Under the pieces are notes generated by a model. That model was not told the DNA's origin, did no database searches, and saw only the letters and a program-made list of their open reading frames with translations. Both the position numbers and the translations under genes were made by a program. From a virus (lineage: Duplodnaviria; Caudoviricetes): a stretch of DNA of 64,000 nucleotides. Positions 50,325 to 60,415 of this stretch are shown here, piece by piece (the stretch's first letter is position 1; every line of letters begins with the position of its first letter). The stretch covers positions 18,098 through 82,097 of IMG/VR virus record IMGVR_UViG_2834443690_000002, one strand, 5' to 3'.

Positions 50325-50714
50325 CAGTGAATTATTAGATGCAGAAAAATCCTTTACCTCACTTCAAAGCCTTAATTGCAAATCGAATTGCAACCCTTTC
50401 GATTCTAAATAATCCTTTATAAAAATTTAAATTTGTAGATTCCAGGGGGTTGCACCCTGGCTTACAAAAGATTGGTAGTGAACCAATCTTTTTGTTTTTA
50501 TATAGATCAACAAGAACATTTCGCCGTCGGGGTTGTGGTGAGTGTGGATAAGCTCTTTTAAGGAATACCCATAATTGCTTATCCACGGAACGGCACTATC
50601 CACAACCCTTAACCCTTAAGAAAGATAAGCCGACCGGGAATAAATCATTTACACGCTCTTTCAATTAAATATATCCTTAAATACGTTGGCGGCGCGGCGG
50701 AATGGAGAATAACA

Positions 50715-51560
50715 ATGTCTGGATTTTTTACTTATGAAGAGAGACTGAATCTGCAGAAGTACCTGAAAGAAAGTCATTCATTTAAAGAAATCGGCCGTAG
50801 GTTGTACAAGAATTCAACAACTATTTCCAGAGAAGTCCGCAAACATCTCTCTGAAGTTGCCACCGGTTATCCAGGATTTCCTTACAATGCATGCAAGAAT
50901 CGGTTCAACTGCAGAAGGAAAGGGATCTGCGGTAAGGAATGCACAAGGTCCTCAACCGTCTATTGTAAGCTATGCCCAAAGTGTAATGCCAACTGTGAAG
51001 ATTTTATCGAGGAAATCTGTACTGCTAGATTTCGTGTACCCTATGTCTGCAATGGCTGCGAACAGATTGGCAAATGTACCTTGCTGAAAAGTATATATGA
51101 TGCGGAGCATGCTCATCTCAAAGCTCATAGAACCATATCGGAATCAAGGAGTGGCCTGTGTGTTTGCGAAGAGGAGATTGCCAGGCTGAATGCCATCATC
51201 AGTCCACTGGTAAAGCAAGGACAATCCATCCATCAGATTTATGTAACCCATCAAGATAAGCTTATGTGCAGTGAGAAAACCATCTATAACTACATTGACG
51301 CCTGTCTTCTTGATGTACGTAACATCGATTTGCCGAGGAAAGTGAAGTTCCGTGAACGCTATAAAAAACCAGAATTCAAAGTGGACAAAGGATGTCGGAT
51401 TGGTCGAAACTATGAAGCGTTCCAAGCTTTCCTAGAAAAGAATCCGGATACAGCTATTGTGCAGATGGACTCTGTCATAGGCACAAAAGGCGGCAAATGT
51501 CTGCTAACGATCCACTTTGTAGATACCAGCTTACAAAATGGCATCTCGCCTTTCAATTAA
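50715..51560 (+). pseudogene. IS30-family transposase, C-terminally truncated
   Basis: HTH (TTISREV), Cys-rich insert, SEKTIYNYI, LPRKV, QMDSVIG, then breaks before the rest of the DDE domain. Confidence 0.85.
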
Positions 51561-51772
51561 GTAGCTATAAACCGTTTCAAAAAATGCTCCTAGATAAGGG
51601 ATTAAAGAAACAACAAGTTATGGTTGACGCTGGGATTTCAAACGCAACCATGGCAAAATTAAATACTAATGCTTATGTGTCATTAGAAATCATTGATAAG
51701 TTGTGCTTTGCTTTAGATTGCCAACCTGGTGATCTTCTAGAATACGCTACTTCTTTTAGTGCCCTACTTTGA
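51559..51772 (+). pseudogene. Cro/C1-type HTH gene with its start disrupted at the IS junction
   Basis: SYKPFQKMLLDKGLKK...IIDKLCFALDCQPGDLLEY. Confidence 0.65.
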
Positions 51773-52141
51773 TTTCTGGATCTCGCTGATTTCTTGGTGT
51801 CCAATTACCTTCAATTGTTCGTTTTAGCGTACTAGTCAACGAACGACTTAACGTATGATTTACTGTCTGTACAGCGTTCATTCGTTTTTAGGACAAAGTA
51901 CAAGCCTTTATTAAGGCGAATAATTTTCTATTTAACTGAGCCTTTCTATTGGCTTAGTTTTTCTTTATATTTATTTTACAAATTTTGTAATATGTGAATT
52001 TCGATATAACTAGGCCCTTTATTATAAATGCTAGAGGTTATTAATAAATTAACGATAAGTCGAATAACCATTATAAATGTCGAAAAGCAGGATAACGAAT
52101 ATATCCATAGAAAACTTAGAATCAATAAAGGAGTGATTCGA

Positions 52142-52840
52142 ATGAGTAAGATCCCTGGTTTTAGATCCGGTAAGACGTGGAAGAAGGTTATTGCAACAAT
52201 CGTGTACCTATTCATTGGTTTAATCGTGGGTTTAACCGTGTATGGCATGATAATAAATAGTTCCTATCCTACAACAACGCCTGTAACGGAGAGCGACCAA
52301 ATGGATCCTATAATAGTTGCTTTAATTATGTTGATCATCTCCTTCTCATTACTTGGCTTCGTAATAAAAGGGGCCAGAAAACGAAAAGCAAGAGGAGTAC
52401 TCAAATCCTTATTTAGCATGAGATTTGTTAAAGGGATTCCTGATCTTAGAGAAGGGCAATACGTAACCATTCATCTTTATAAGGATAAAATTACTCTAAG
52501 CGATAAACAAATAATTCCACTCGGTAGGATTAAAAAAGCTGTCGTATTCACGCAAGCAGAAGTTGAATATAAGGAAAAAGATGTAATTGGCAGAGCAGCT
52601 TTAGGCGAGTTATTAGATGGTTCACTAGGTGCAGTCGTTGGGGGCATGAGCGGAATTGGATATAAAAAGATAGAAAAAACATTGTTATTTTTATCTATTG
52701 TATACACTGATAAGAATGGCTATGATAGCCAGTTGGTATTTTTAGGTAAAAACAGTATATTCCTAAATGGATTTGCAAAAAAACTTAACGAAATGGTCGG
52801 AGCAATACCTACGAAAATTACTGGGCCTTATGAAATTTAA
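52142..52840 (+). CDS. Membrane protein with C-terminal PH-like domain
   Basis: IPGFRSGKTWKKVIA, two TM segments, GRAALG...GAVVGG; AAGGAG RBS before the ATG at 52142. Confidence 0.7.
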   Translation: MSKIPGFRSGKTWKKVIATIVYLFIGLIVGLTVYGMIINSSYPTTTPVTESDQMDPIIVALIMLIISFSLLGFVIKGARKRKARGVLKSLFSMRFVKGIPDLREGQYVTIHLYKDKITLSDKQIIPLGRIKKAVVFTQAEVEYKEKDVIGRAALGELLDGSLGAVVGGMSGIGYKKIEKTLLFLSIVYTDKNGYDSQLVFLGKNSIFLNGFAKKLNEMVGAIPTKITGPYEI

Positions 52841-53050
52841 CTCCTGCAAAAGGATGATCCCATAAATGATAACATCTTCCCCACTTACTCCTTTCTCTCT
52901 ATAATCATACTCCCTAACCCGAGCATTATCCTTCTCTACTTTATTCTTAAAGTCACCATTAAGAATAAAGTTCAAGAGGCTACATGGGGAATAGGCGATT
53001 TAGTCCGGCAAATTGAAAAATCACTCATAGAACTTAACATGCGTAGAACT

Positions 53051-53080
53051 AAAAAGGAGAGCGATTAAGCTCTCTTTTTC
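53051..53080. terminator. Bidirectional terminator
   Basis: AAAAAGGAGAGC-GATTAA-GCTCTCTTTTT. Confidence 0.65.
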
Positions 53081-53090
53081 ATGTGGGGAT

Positions 53091-53454
53091 AAGAAGGCTC
53101 TCACCGTTGCTGATGAGAGCGGTAATAAGCGGGGAGATAATAAAATTATTATGTCCATGGGTAAAGTCTATTATGTAACCTTATGTTGCCCTTTTCAATT
53201 AATTAACAAAAAAGAACTCTCATCACCGGTGAAGATGAGAGTAAAAAGAGGTTTAACGGATGCCATAGAGAGGAAAAGGTGTTATCAACAAGAGTATCAC
53301 TGCCTTAATATTATTTCCATAGAATAATTGTATGTTATCGATATATCTTTATTATATCAAAAGAACCGTAAAAAATCCCACCGTTACCGATGGGATCTAA
53401 GCAGGACGATAAATCTTCGTGAGATTATTATATCCATGGTTAGGAGAATTATGC
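53091..53454 (-). ncRNA. Three putative promoter-sRNA-terminator units
   Basis: Each unit has (G/A)CATA-N15-18-NATAATA, a 25-65 nt body and a hairpin with a pyrimidine tail; no ORFs. Confidence 0.45.
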
Positions 53455-53507
53455 TACATTTTCCAAAGCATCCACTTGCATATATTCAGTTCGTATTTTA
53501 GCTCAAA
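53454..53507 (-). pseudogene. Inverted paralogous remnant of the 53626 gene
   Basis: Reads FELKYELNICKWMLWKM* versus FELKYELNTCRWFLWKV*. Confidence 0.75.
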
Positions 53508-53570
53508 GCCCCTAAATCGTTACACACCTCGCTAATTGCAATTATTTGGCAAGACATCTCTCTTTGCTAA

Positions 53571-53605
53571 GAACAAAGGTTTTGATAAAATCAGAACATA
53601 CATTC
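53571..53605 (+). promoter_or_regulatory. Two SOS-box-like sites
   Basis: GAACAAAGGTTT and GAACATACATTC upstream of 53626. Confidence 0.5.
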
Positions 53606-53625
53606 TAGATAGGAGAGGAATCTAA

Positions 53626-53874
53626 ATGAAGGTAGTTATGGCCCCCATAGAGATGATTGCTTGGTTCGATATCCCAGGGACGCCACGCCCTATTCGCTTT
53701 CGACATGATGGAAATGTAGTAAAGGTTGAGATGATTAATAGAATATCTGAGGAAAAACTTGCCGGAAACCGCATGAAAATTTATGAGTGCCAAAGCGAGT
53801 ACCACGGACAAGTGAAGCGTTTTGAGCTTAAATATGAATTGAATACGTGTAGATGGTTTTTGTGGAAGGTTTGA
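53626..53874 (+). CDS. Small prophage protein, probably SOS-regulated
   Basis: AGGAGAGG RBS; preceded by SOS-like boxes. Confidence 0.7.
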   Translation: MKVVMAPIEMIAWFDIPGTPRPIRFRHDGNVVKVEMINRISEEKLAGNRMKIYECQSEYHGQVKRFELKYELNTCRWFLWKV

Positions 53875-53971
53875 AGCCAAACATCAAAGATCATTCCCGT
53901 CTTACGATAGGAGTTCAAGATATTAAATAAGGTATAATCCAATTGCATGAAAGCTAATGATTTTTTACTTT

Positions 53972-55003
53972 TTAGTATCGTAATGGAACATCTGATTTTT
54001 TTATTAACAGTTTATTATTATCTTTACATTCAGGGTTTAATGAAACTTATACCCTTGACTTTTCAAAAATTGGCCTAGTCCCTTCGCTGCGATATCCAGA
54101 CTATTCTTAGGCCCAATAGTTATTGAATCAATAGGTAGTCCTTTGATATCATTGCTTTCCTCAAAGACCACTTCGATATATGGAATAAACACGCCTTTGA
54201 ATTGTCTGTGCTTTCTGACATTTAGTTTGCGGTTTATCAAAAATAATTCTATATTCCTCATCTTGAGAAAATACTGGATTCTTAAATAACTTAATCTGAT
54301 TTAATAAGATATGTATTGCGGAACCAAATGCATTATTGTAATGACAGATAAGATTATTCAAACATTGTTTATCTATTTTTTCAGAATTACGAAATGAATA
54401 AAACATATTAGAAATATGCTCGAGAAAGTTGAATATATCTATAATTGTATTTTTTTGCATTTTGTTATCATATATAACTTTCCCTGGATACATTTCGATT
54501 GATTCATGTTCGCCTTTTCTTGGAATATAGTATTTTTCTATCAAACCATCTTCACTTATTTTATTACCAGTTACGTAGACTTTCATATCCCACGTTCTAC
54601 TAAATATCTTATTAAGGCTAAAGCCAATGTTATACCCTTCATGTCTTGAATAATTTCCCCATAAATTAATTGAATCGCTATTTTCAGAAGTACTAAATAT
54701 ATAACTTCTCGCTAGATACAACTTAAATTTTCTATTTATTACGATTAATAGTTTTTTGTTTAAATATTCGTATTCATATTTTTCAAATACTTGTTTAATA
54801 AGGTTGATGCCATACATGTATTCAGTTTTATCATTTAAAAAATCACTTTTAGTAACCCATAATGTCTTATTTCTAATAATGTTCTCTAGTGCTATAGCAC
54901 TAGTATAATGAAATACGTTGCCCTTCATATAATTTTCAAGGTTAATATATTTCATTCTCCATTTATCAAATTTCAAACTTAATTTGACCCAAGCATCTTC
55001 CAT
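53972..55003 (-). pseudogene. DUF2971-like protein with two frameshifts
   Basis: FHYTS, FLNDKTE, LWGNYS, EEYRI; continues in a second frame (IPYIE...ITIGP) and a third frame (KSDVPLRY*). Confidence 0.75.
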
Positions 55004-55193
55004 GGTATCCTCCTTATTAAAATCTGAACTTCTTTTCTGAAGATTATTATGCCATTGGCCTTAATTATCTCGTATCTGTAATATAGGGGAAACTTGTTCT
55101 TACAAAAAGGAAAAGGCCCTCATCATAAATATAAGGGGGCCTCAATGCATTCTAATAAATTCTATCGAGCCAAGAGAAGCAATCATCAAAAAC

Positions 55194-56189
55194 TTATGCA
55201 AGTATATCCTTAACGGTCATGTCTAAAGGTAACTGGAGAGGTGGCATTACTTTTCGGAGAATCTTAATGCCAGTACCCTTTATAAAATCTAGTCTGTGTT
55301 GCATATTCCACTGACCCGTTTTTCTATGATCATTATAGGTGTCAATAATTCCTGGAATAATTATTGTATAAATTAGTATACAAATCCTCGCAAATCTACT
55401 TTTGTCAGTATGATTACCCCAGAAATTGCCCATATACTCTGTGTCAGATACCTGGATATTACCGGAACGACTAATCCTAAAAGATACGTGTTCAGTCTGT
55501 TTGCGAATTGAAACATTAAGCGAATCAAGAGGATCATTTCCAAAAATATATGCTAAAGTCCCTAACAACTCCGATATTCTTTGGCCTTCTCCAGTAATTG
55601 TGTGCGTATTACTAACTGCATAACCCATATATCCATAAATTCCAATAATATCAAAATTCCTATTCATTTTTCCGCTAAACTGTGCAAATCTATATAAAAG
55701 CCAATACAGTAAATCATCTTCTACTTTAAACTCCACGGCGTCCGATATCTCGCCCCAATAATCTGGTAACAATAATTCATCCTTTAATCTTGCAATAGTA
55801 TCTTCCTTCTTTGTAAAAAATGCAGCATATACACATCCTTGAAACTCAAAAAATAATATATCAGCCTTAGCTATATTAACTCGTTCTTCTTTTGATTTAA
55901 GTACTTTACCATTTTCTCCTTCATTTTCGAACCACGAGGTTCTACGACGAAGCCTTTCACTTTCAGCGTGTGTAAAGAGAAAACTTACTTTTTGACCTTC
56001 TTTTGATAACTGAGCCGTATTGATGCGATCTGGTATATTCAAGATATTTATAGAACGTAGTAAGAGGTCCTCGATTGGCCATTCCGGATCATCTACAGTT
56101 TCATTTAATACGCCTTGATTTTGTATTACATTTACAACCTCTTGTATCGTAGATACGCCAGTAATTTTCTTTACATTTGCAGTGATCAT
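55194..56189 (-). CDS. Hypothetical protein (gene 3 of three-gene operon)
   Basis: GAGGAGG RBS; 331 aa. Confidence 0.75.
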   Translation of the reverse strand: MITANVKKITGVSTIQEVVNVIQNQGVLNETVDDPEWPIEDLLLRSINILNIPDRINTAQLSKEGQKVSFLFTHAESERLRRRTSWFENEGENGKVLKSKEERVNIAKADILFFEFQGCVYAAFFTKKEDTIARLKDELLLPDYWGEISDAVEFKVEDDLLYWLLYRFAQFSGKMNRNFDIIGIYGYMGYAVSNTHTITGEGQRISELLGTLAYIFGNDPLDSLNVSIRKQTEHVSFRISRSGNIQVSDTEYMGNFWGNHTDKSRFARICILIYTIIIPGIIDTYNDHRKTGQWNMQHRLDFIKGTGIKILRKVMPPLQLPLDMTVKDILA

Positions 56190-56201
56190 AGCTTTCCTCC
56201 T

Positions 56202-56912
56202 CTAGGATTGCAAAACAAGTTCATGATTGGTTTGAGTGAATTTTAAAGTTCTTTTAAGTAACCACTTTTTGAACTTTGATCCTTCTACCTTGATGCTTAT
56301 GTTTAAAAATCCAGAAGTAGTATTAGTATGTATTGAAACAATAGCAAGCACTATTTCTATACTTCCCTTTGGCCAATGGGCAAGTTTTAAAAGATCTATA
56401 TTCATAATTCCTTGTTCAAAAGCAACATAATTCTGAATATTATTAATCCCATCAATTTCTACCTGAAGCCAAGTAGATAGCCAGTCTATTTGAAGAATTA
56501 TTGAACTAAAATATCTGGAGATAAGTGTACTAAAAAGAAACTGATTATAAAATTGCACATTCACTGTAACTTTAACCCTCTTCGGTGATCCTTGGGGGAT
56601 ATCTATTGTCGTAAATGTCTCTTTCGTGTTTTGAAGATTTGTAAAAATAACGCCTAACGATAAGCTTTTAATTGCTTGTATACTTGCGTATATCTTAGCA
56701 ATCAACCAATCGATAAATCGCAAAAAATATGTAGACGCCGCTGTGAAAAGCACTATATCCAAAGGCCTGACCTCATTGGCAGAAAGCTTGTACACTTTAG
56801 CCACATAATTAGCAATAGAAAATTCCGGTTTACCCCACAGAATTATTACCCATGCAAATACCGGAATTAAAGGTTGAAGAAAGTTATAGATCTTTGATTT
56901 TCTCATATACAC
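56202..56912 (-). CDS. Hypothetical protein with two N-terminal TM segments (gene 2)
   Basis: Hydrophobic N-terminus, beta-rich C-terminus. Confidence 0.7.
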   Translation of the reverse strand: MYMRKSKIYNFLQPLIPVFAWVIILWGKPEFSIANYVAKVYKLSANEVRPLDIVLFTAASTYFLRFIDWLIAKIYASIQAIKSLSLGVIFTNLQNTKETFTTIDIPQGSPKRVKVTVNVQFYNQFLFSTLISRYFSSIILQIDWLSTWLQVEIDGINNIQNYVAFEQGIMNIDLLKLAHWPKGSIEIVLAIVSIHTNTTSGFLNISIKVEGSKFKKWLLKRTLKFTQTNHELVLQS

Positions 56913-56921
56913 CTCAAAACA

Positions 56922-57443
56922 TTACCCAACCGCGTAACTAAGCAAGTCGTCGGATTTTTGTAATGTTTCAACACCATTATTTACATAAAGAATACCACTA
57001 TCCCATAAAGATAACTCTACCGGATTCTCACCAGCAGTTTCATACCAAGAAACGTTTTTAATAAACGTGTAGTTATTCTGAATAATATCTTTAACAGTAA
57101 TAAGGAGAGATTGTTGCCCGCTTATCATTAAGCCTTCCAATTCATTTTTATCATCCACATCAATTTCCATTGTAAATTCAATTTTTGTTATCTTTCGACT
57201 AGAAACCAATGCGTTTTCTAGTAATTTTAGGAATTTAGGCACAGTAAGAATAATAGGATTTAACCCAACTTTATAAGCTTTTTCAGTCACGTATTTGAGT
57301 TCGTTTTGGTTAAAGTCAAAGCCAATACCTACTACATTATTAAGATTCTCAAAATAATATAAGGTATCATTAAGAAATTCGGTTTCAAAACTTTGCTTAG
57401 ACATTTTTAAGTTGTCAAATTGATATAACTTAACCTGTAGCAC
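56922..57443 (-). CDS. Hypothetical protein (gene 1)
   Basis: AGGAGGTG RBS before the GTG at 57443. Confidence 0.7.
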   Translation of the reverse strand: MLQVKLYQFDNLKMSKQSFETEFLNDTLYYFENLNNVVGIGFDFNQNELKYVTEKAYKVGLNPIILTVPKFLKLLENALVSSRKITKIEFTMEIDVDDKNELEGLMISGQQSLLITVKDIIQNNYTFIKNVSWYETAGENPVELSLWDSGILYVNNGVETLQKSDDLLSYAVG

Positions 57444-57777
57444 AGTTATCCACCTCCTCTCGTAATGCTTTAACATAGAACAAAGTATTGACAAAACAAC
57501 GATATTATGTCTAAAAAGGCGTGTAATAATGCTAGGTGTTAATTAACAGATAATTAAACCGTAAAAAGCCTCCAAACCATTTTCTGAAGAGCGCTAAAAA
57601 GAATAGCTTCATTACCTTAAAAAATAGCATAAAAAACGCAAACAATCCCTCCCCCGAACTAAGCGAGGGAGGGATTCGCCATTTAAGCATGTAGAAAATT
57701 AAAGGCGCTAACCCTTAGTATTTATTTAATTGAATACTATTAATAATCTGGGTACATTATAATCTTATTACCTATAA

Positions 57778-58257
57778 TTGGAGGACATTGTGAAGAAACC
57801 CTTAATACTTACACTTGTATTTCTCATTACAGCATATGCTGTATTTCGTGGCGCTTACTGGGTTGCCACCTTACCTGCGTCATGTACAATTTGTCATGAA
57901 GCTGAACCCTACTACGAAGCTTGGAAAGAGTCGCCCCACAAAAATGTTCCTTGTATGTACTGCCATGAAAAAAGAGGTCCATTCGGTAAGATAGAAAATG
58001 TGTTAACTCGTGGCTTTAGGGGCATCGGGCTCCAATTAACTGGCGAGTTTGGTTCTATTAAGCCAGGATACGAAGCCCTTTTTATAAACAACTGTATTAC
58101 TTGTCATATTGATAAAATAAGAGACTATAAAGAAGCCCCTCTAATGCCTAATGACCACATTAAAATACTAAAAAGTGATACGTCGTGTAATAATTGCCAC
58201 CGTGATACGGGGCATAAATCAGGATTAGGAGTAAATGATGTTTTTAAAAATAGATAA
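57778..58257 (+). CDS. Membrane-anchored tetraheme cytochrome c (NapC/NirT/NrfH-like)
   Basis: N-terminal TM; four CxxCH motifs (CTICH, CMYCH, CITCH, CNNCH); W..S.H after heme 1. Confidence 0.88.
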   Translation: MEDIVKKPLILTLVFLITAYAVFRGAYWVATLPASCTICHEAEPYYEAWKESPHKNVPCMYCHEKRGPFGKIENVLTRGFRGIGLQLTGEFGSIKPGYEALFINNCITCHIDKIRDYKEAPLMPNDHIKILKSDTSCNNCHRDTGHKSGLGVNDVFKNR

Positions 58258-58527
58258 TGAATTAATTGACTATATAAAAGAGTTTTTGGTAGATACATAG
58301 AAACGCAAAAAATCCCACCTCCAATTAAGAAAGTGGGATTTCGTCATGCGCAGCGTCCGGCAACGCTGTCTATTTTATTGTGCAGATTGTTGAGTTTGTG
58401 CTTGTGGATCTGGCAAGGTCTAATGGTTGCATAGATTTTTGTTTTCAATCGACATCTTTTTCCATAATATCCAGCATCCTTAGAAGTATAATCGTACTTA
58501 GGATGATAAGGAGGAATGAGGAGTTAA

Positions 58528-59172
58528 ATGTTGGGAAACTTGTTTCGGTTTATTTCAAAAGGAAAAGCGTCTTCTCAAATTACAAAAGTTAAGTCAGATT
58601 CAGCTGCGATTTATAACGGAATAAGAAAAGAGTTAGACTCAAAGAATAAACATTTAGCTTATATCGTAGAGAGAATTAGAAGTCTTAAGTGGCCCTTCGA
58701 TTTTTCGGATGACTTAATTGTTAGCATTGCTAACGAGTCCCTTAAGGGTAGGCGATCTAATGATATAGCGAATGACATTTCGAAATTTTTCGAGAATATT
58801 ACGGTGGCAAATGCTAAAGTTTTAGTAAGTACTGTTTCGAGTATACAGTCAGCCCAAATAACAAGGCTAAGGGCAGAGAATTTGGGAATCAAGGCCTATA
58901 CATGGAGAAGTTCAGAGGATAGTAGGGTAAGAAGCAGTCACAAACACATGGACGGCGTGATAGTTTTTTGGACCGATCCGCCATCTCCCGAAGAATTAGT
59001 GGGCGAGAAATCTATTGGCTATTATCATGCGGGCGAATGTGTTGGGTGTAGATGCTATGCTGAGCCATTGGTAGATATAAAATACATAAAAAAATCGTCG
59101 CTTAAAGTTTACTATAATGGCAAAATCACGAGGATATCTAAAGCTCAGTTTAAGGAGTTGTTTCTCAAGTAG
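58528..59172 (+). CDS. Stand-alone MuF/gpF (SPP1 gp7-like) domain protein
   Basis: YTWRSSEDSRVRSSH..MDG...GECVGCRCYAEP. Confidence 0.8.
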   Translation: MLGNLFRFISKGKASSQITKVKSDSAAIYNGIRKELDSKNKHLAYIVERIRSLKWPFDFSDDLIVSIANESLKGRRSNDIANDISKFFENITVANAKVLVSTVSSIQSAQITRLRAENLGIKAYTWRSSEDSRVRSSHKHMDGVIVFWTDPPSPEELVGEKSIGYYHAGECVGCRCYAEPLVDIKYIKKSSLKVYYNGKITRISKAQFKELFLK

Positions 59173-59199
59173 CTTAGGACCGAGAAAGGATGATTCCGT

Positions 59200-60102
59200 T
59201 TGAATAAAAATTTAGTAAACTGTAAGACCTGCGGTAAAGAAATCGGTGAAAACGTTAAAAAATGTATTCATTGTGGAACAGATCAAAGAAATTTCTTTCT
59301 GAGATATAAAATAATAACCCTTTTTATTATAGTGTGTGCGATCGGCGCTATTGGTCGAACGGGTGTTGCAGAAACTAATAAACCAACATCAGCTCAAGTT
59401 ACCCCAGCTGCCAAAGTTAATCCAGTGACTTCAACCGCCACAACAGAGGTATCCGAAAAACCAATCCAGGTTACAGCCAAACAATTAGAACAAGAATACG
59501 ATGATAATCAGTTTGCCGCAGATGGAAAGTATAAAGGTAAACTGCTTGAAGTAACGGGCGTACCTATAGCTATTGACAGAGATTTTAGCAATAATCCATA
59601 TATAAATCTTTCAGCAAATGGTAACGGCTTCACTACAGTATGGTGCAGTTTTTCCCAAGAGGATGCATCATCTTTAGCAAAGGTTAATAAGAATCACGAA
59701 GTAACTGTTCAGGGTATATGTGACGGTATAGACAGCAATATTAATCTAGAAAAATGCAAAGTAATAACGGTTTCTAGTGAGCCAATACCAGAAAATAATA
59801 ACAAAAGTTTGCTTTATGATAGCCAAAACAAGAATAATGAACCGGATCAGAACACTCCTATAACAGGAGTACAGGCAATACAAATAGTTAAGCAGATAGT
59901 TAAAAAAGATATGCTCTATCAGAATGACCACGAAGAAAATGTGAATGGAATAGACTGTTATGTTATTCATGTCTATGAAGTAGTTAATGATGGAGGCGGA
60001 GCAGCGCATACTGCAACTGCCGGATGGTATGCTGTGCAGAAAAATGACGGAAAAGTTTATGATAATATCCTTGATCCTAATCACTTACATCCACTTAATT
60101 AA
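59200..60102 (+). CDS. Zinc-ribbon, TM and OB-fold membrane protein
   Basis: CKTC...CIHCG, TM, YDDNQFAADGKYKGKLLEVTG. Confidence 0.75.
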   Translation: MNKNLVNCKTCGKEIGENVKKCIHCGTDQRNFFLRYKIITLFIIVCAIGAIGRTGVAETNKPTSAQVTPAAKVNPVTSTATTEVSEKPIQVTAKQLEQEYDDNQFAADGKYKGKLLEVTGVPIAIDRDFSNNPYINLSANGNGFTTVWCSFSQEDASSLAKVNKNHEVTVQGICDGIDSNINLEKCKVITVSSEPIPENNNKSLLYDSQNKNNEPDQNTPITGVQAIQIVKQIVKKDMLYQNDHEENVNGIDCYVIHVYEVVNDGGGAAHTATAGWYAVQKNDGKVYDNILDPNHLHPLN

Positions 60103-60141
60103 CTAAACAAGGCCCCAGCAATTACGCTGAGGCCGTTTCTT

Positions 60142-60393
60142 TTACTCACTAGGAATTGTATCGGACTGCTCGGATATAATGAGCGTCACTGGAACATCCA
60201 TAAAGAACATGCAGCCACCGGGTATCCCATCTTTAGCTTTATTCTCTAAAGAATTTACATCCACCCTAAATCTGATTTTCTCAATGCCATCAATGCCAGT
60301 AATGAAGATAAGCTTAAAATCTCTGTTCTCCACCGGCACTGAGAAAACCAAGTCATACCGACTAAACATTTCACCCTCTTCTGTTTTAGTCAT
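60142..60393 (-). CDS. Hypothetical protein or fragment
   Basis: ORF track; converges on the terminator at 60110-60141. Confidence 0.4.
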   Translation of the reverse strand: MTKTEEGEMFSRYDLVFSVPVENRDFKLIFITGIDGIEKIRFRVDVNSLENKAKDGIPGGCMFFMDVPVTLIISEQSDTIPSE

Positions 60394-60415
60394 GGTAATT
60401 GGAAAATAGGTTTCC

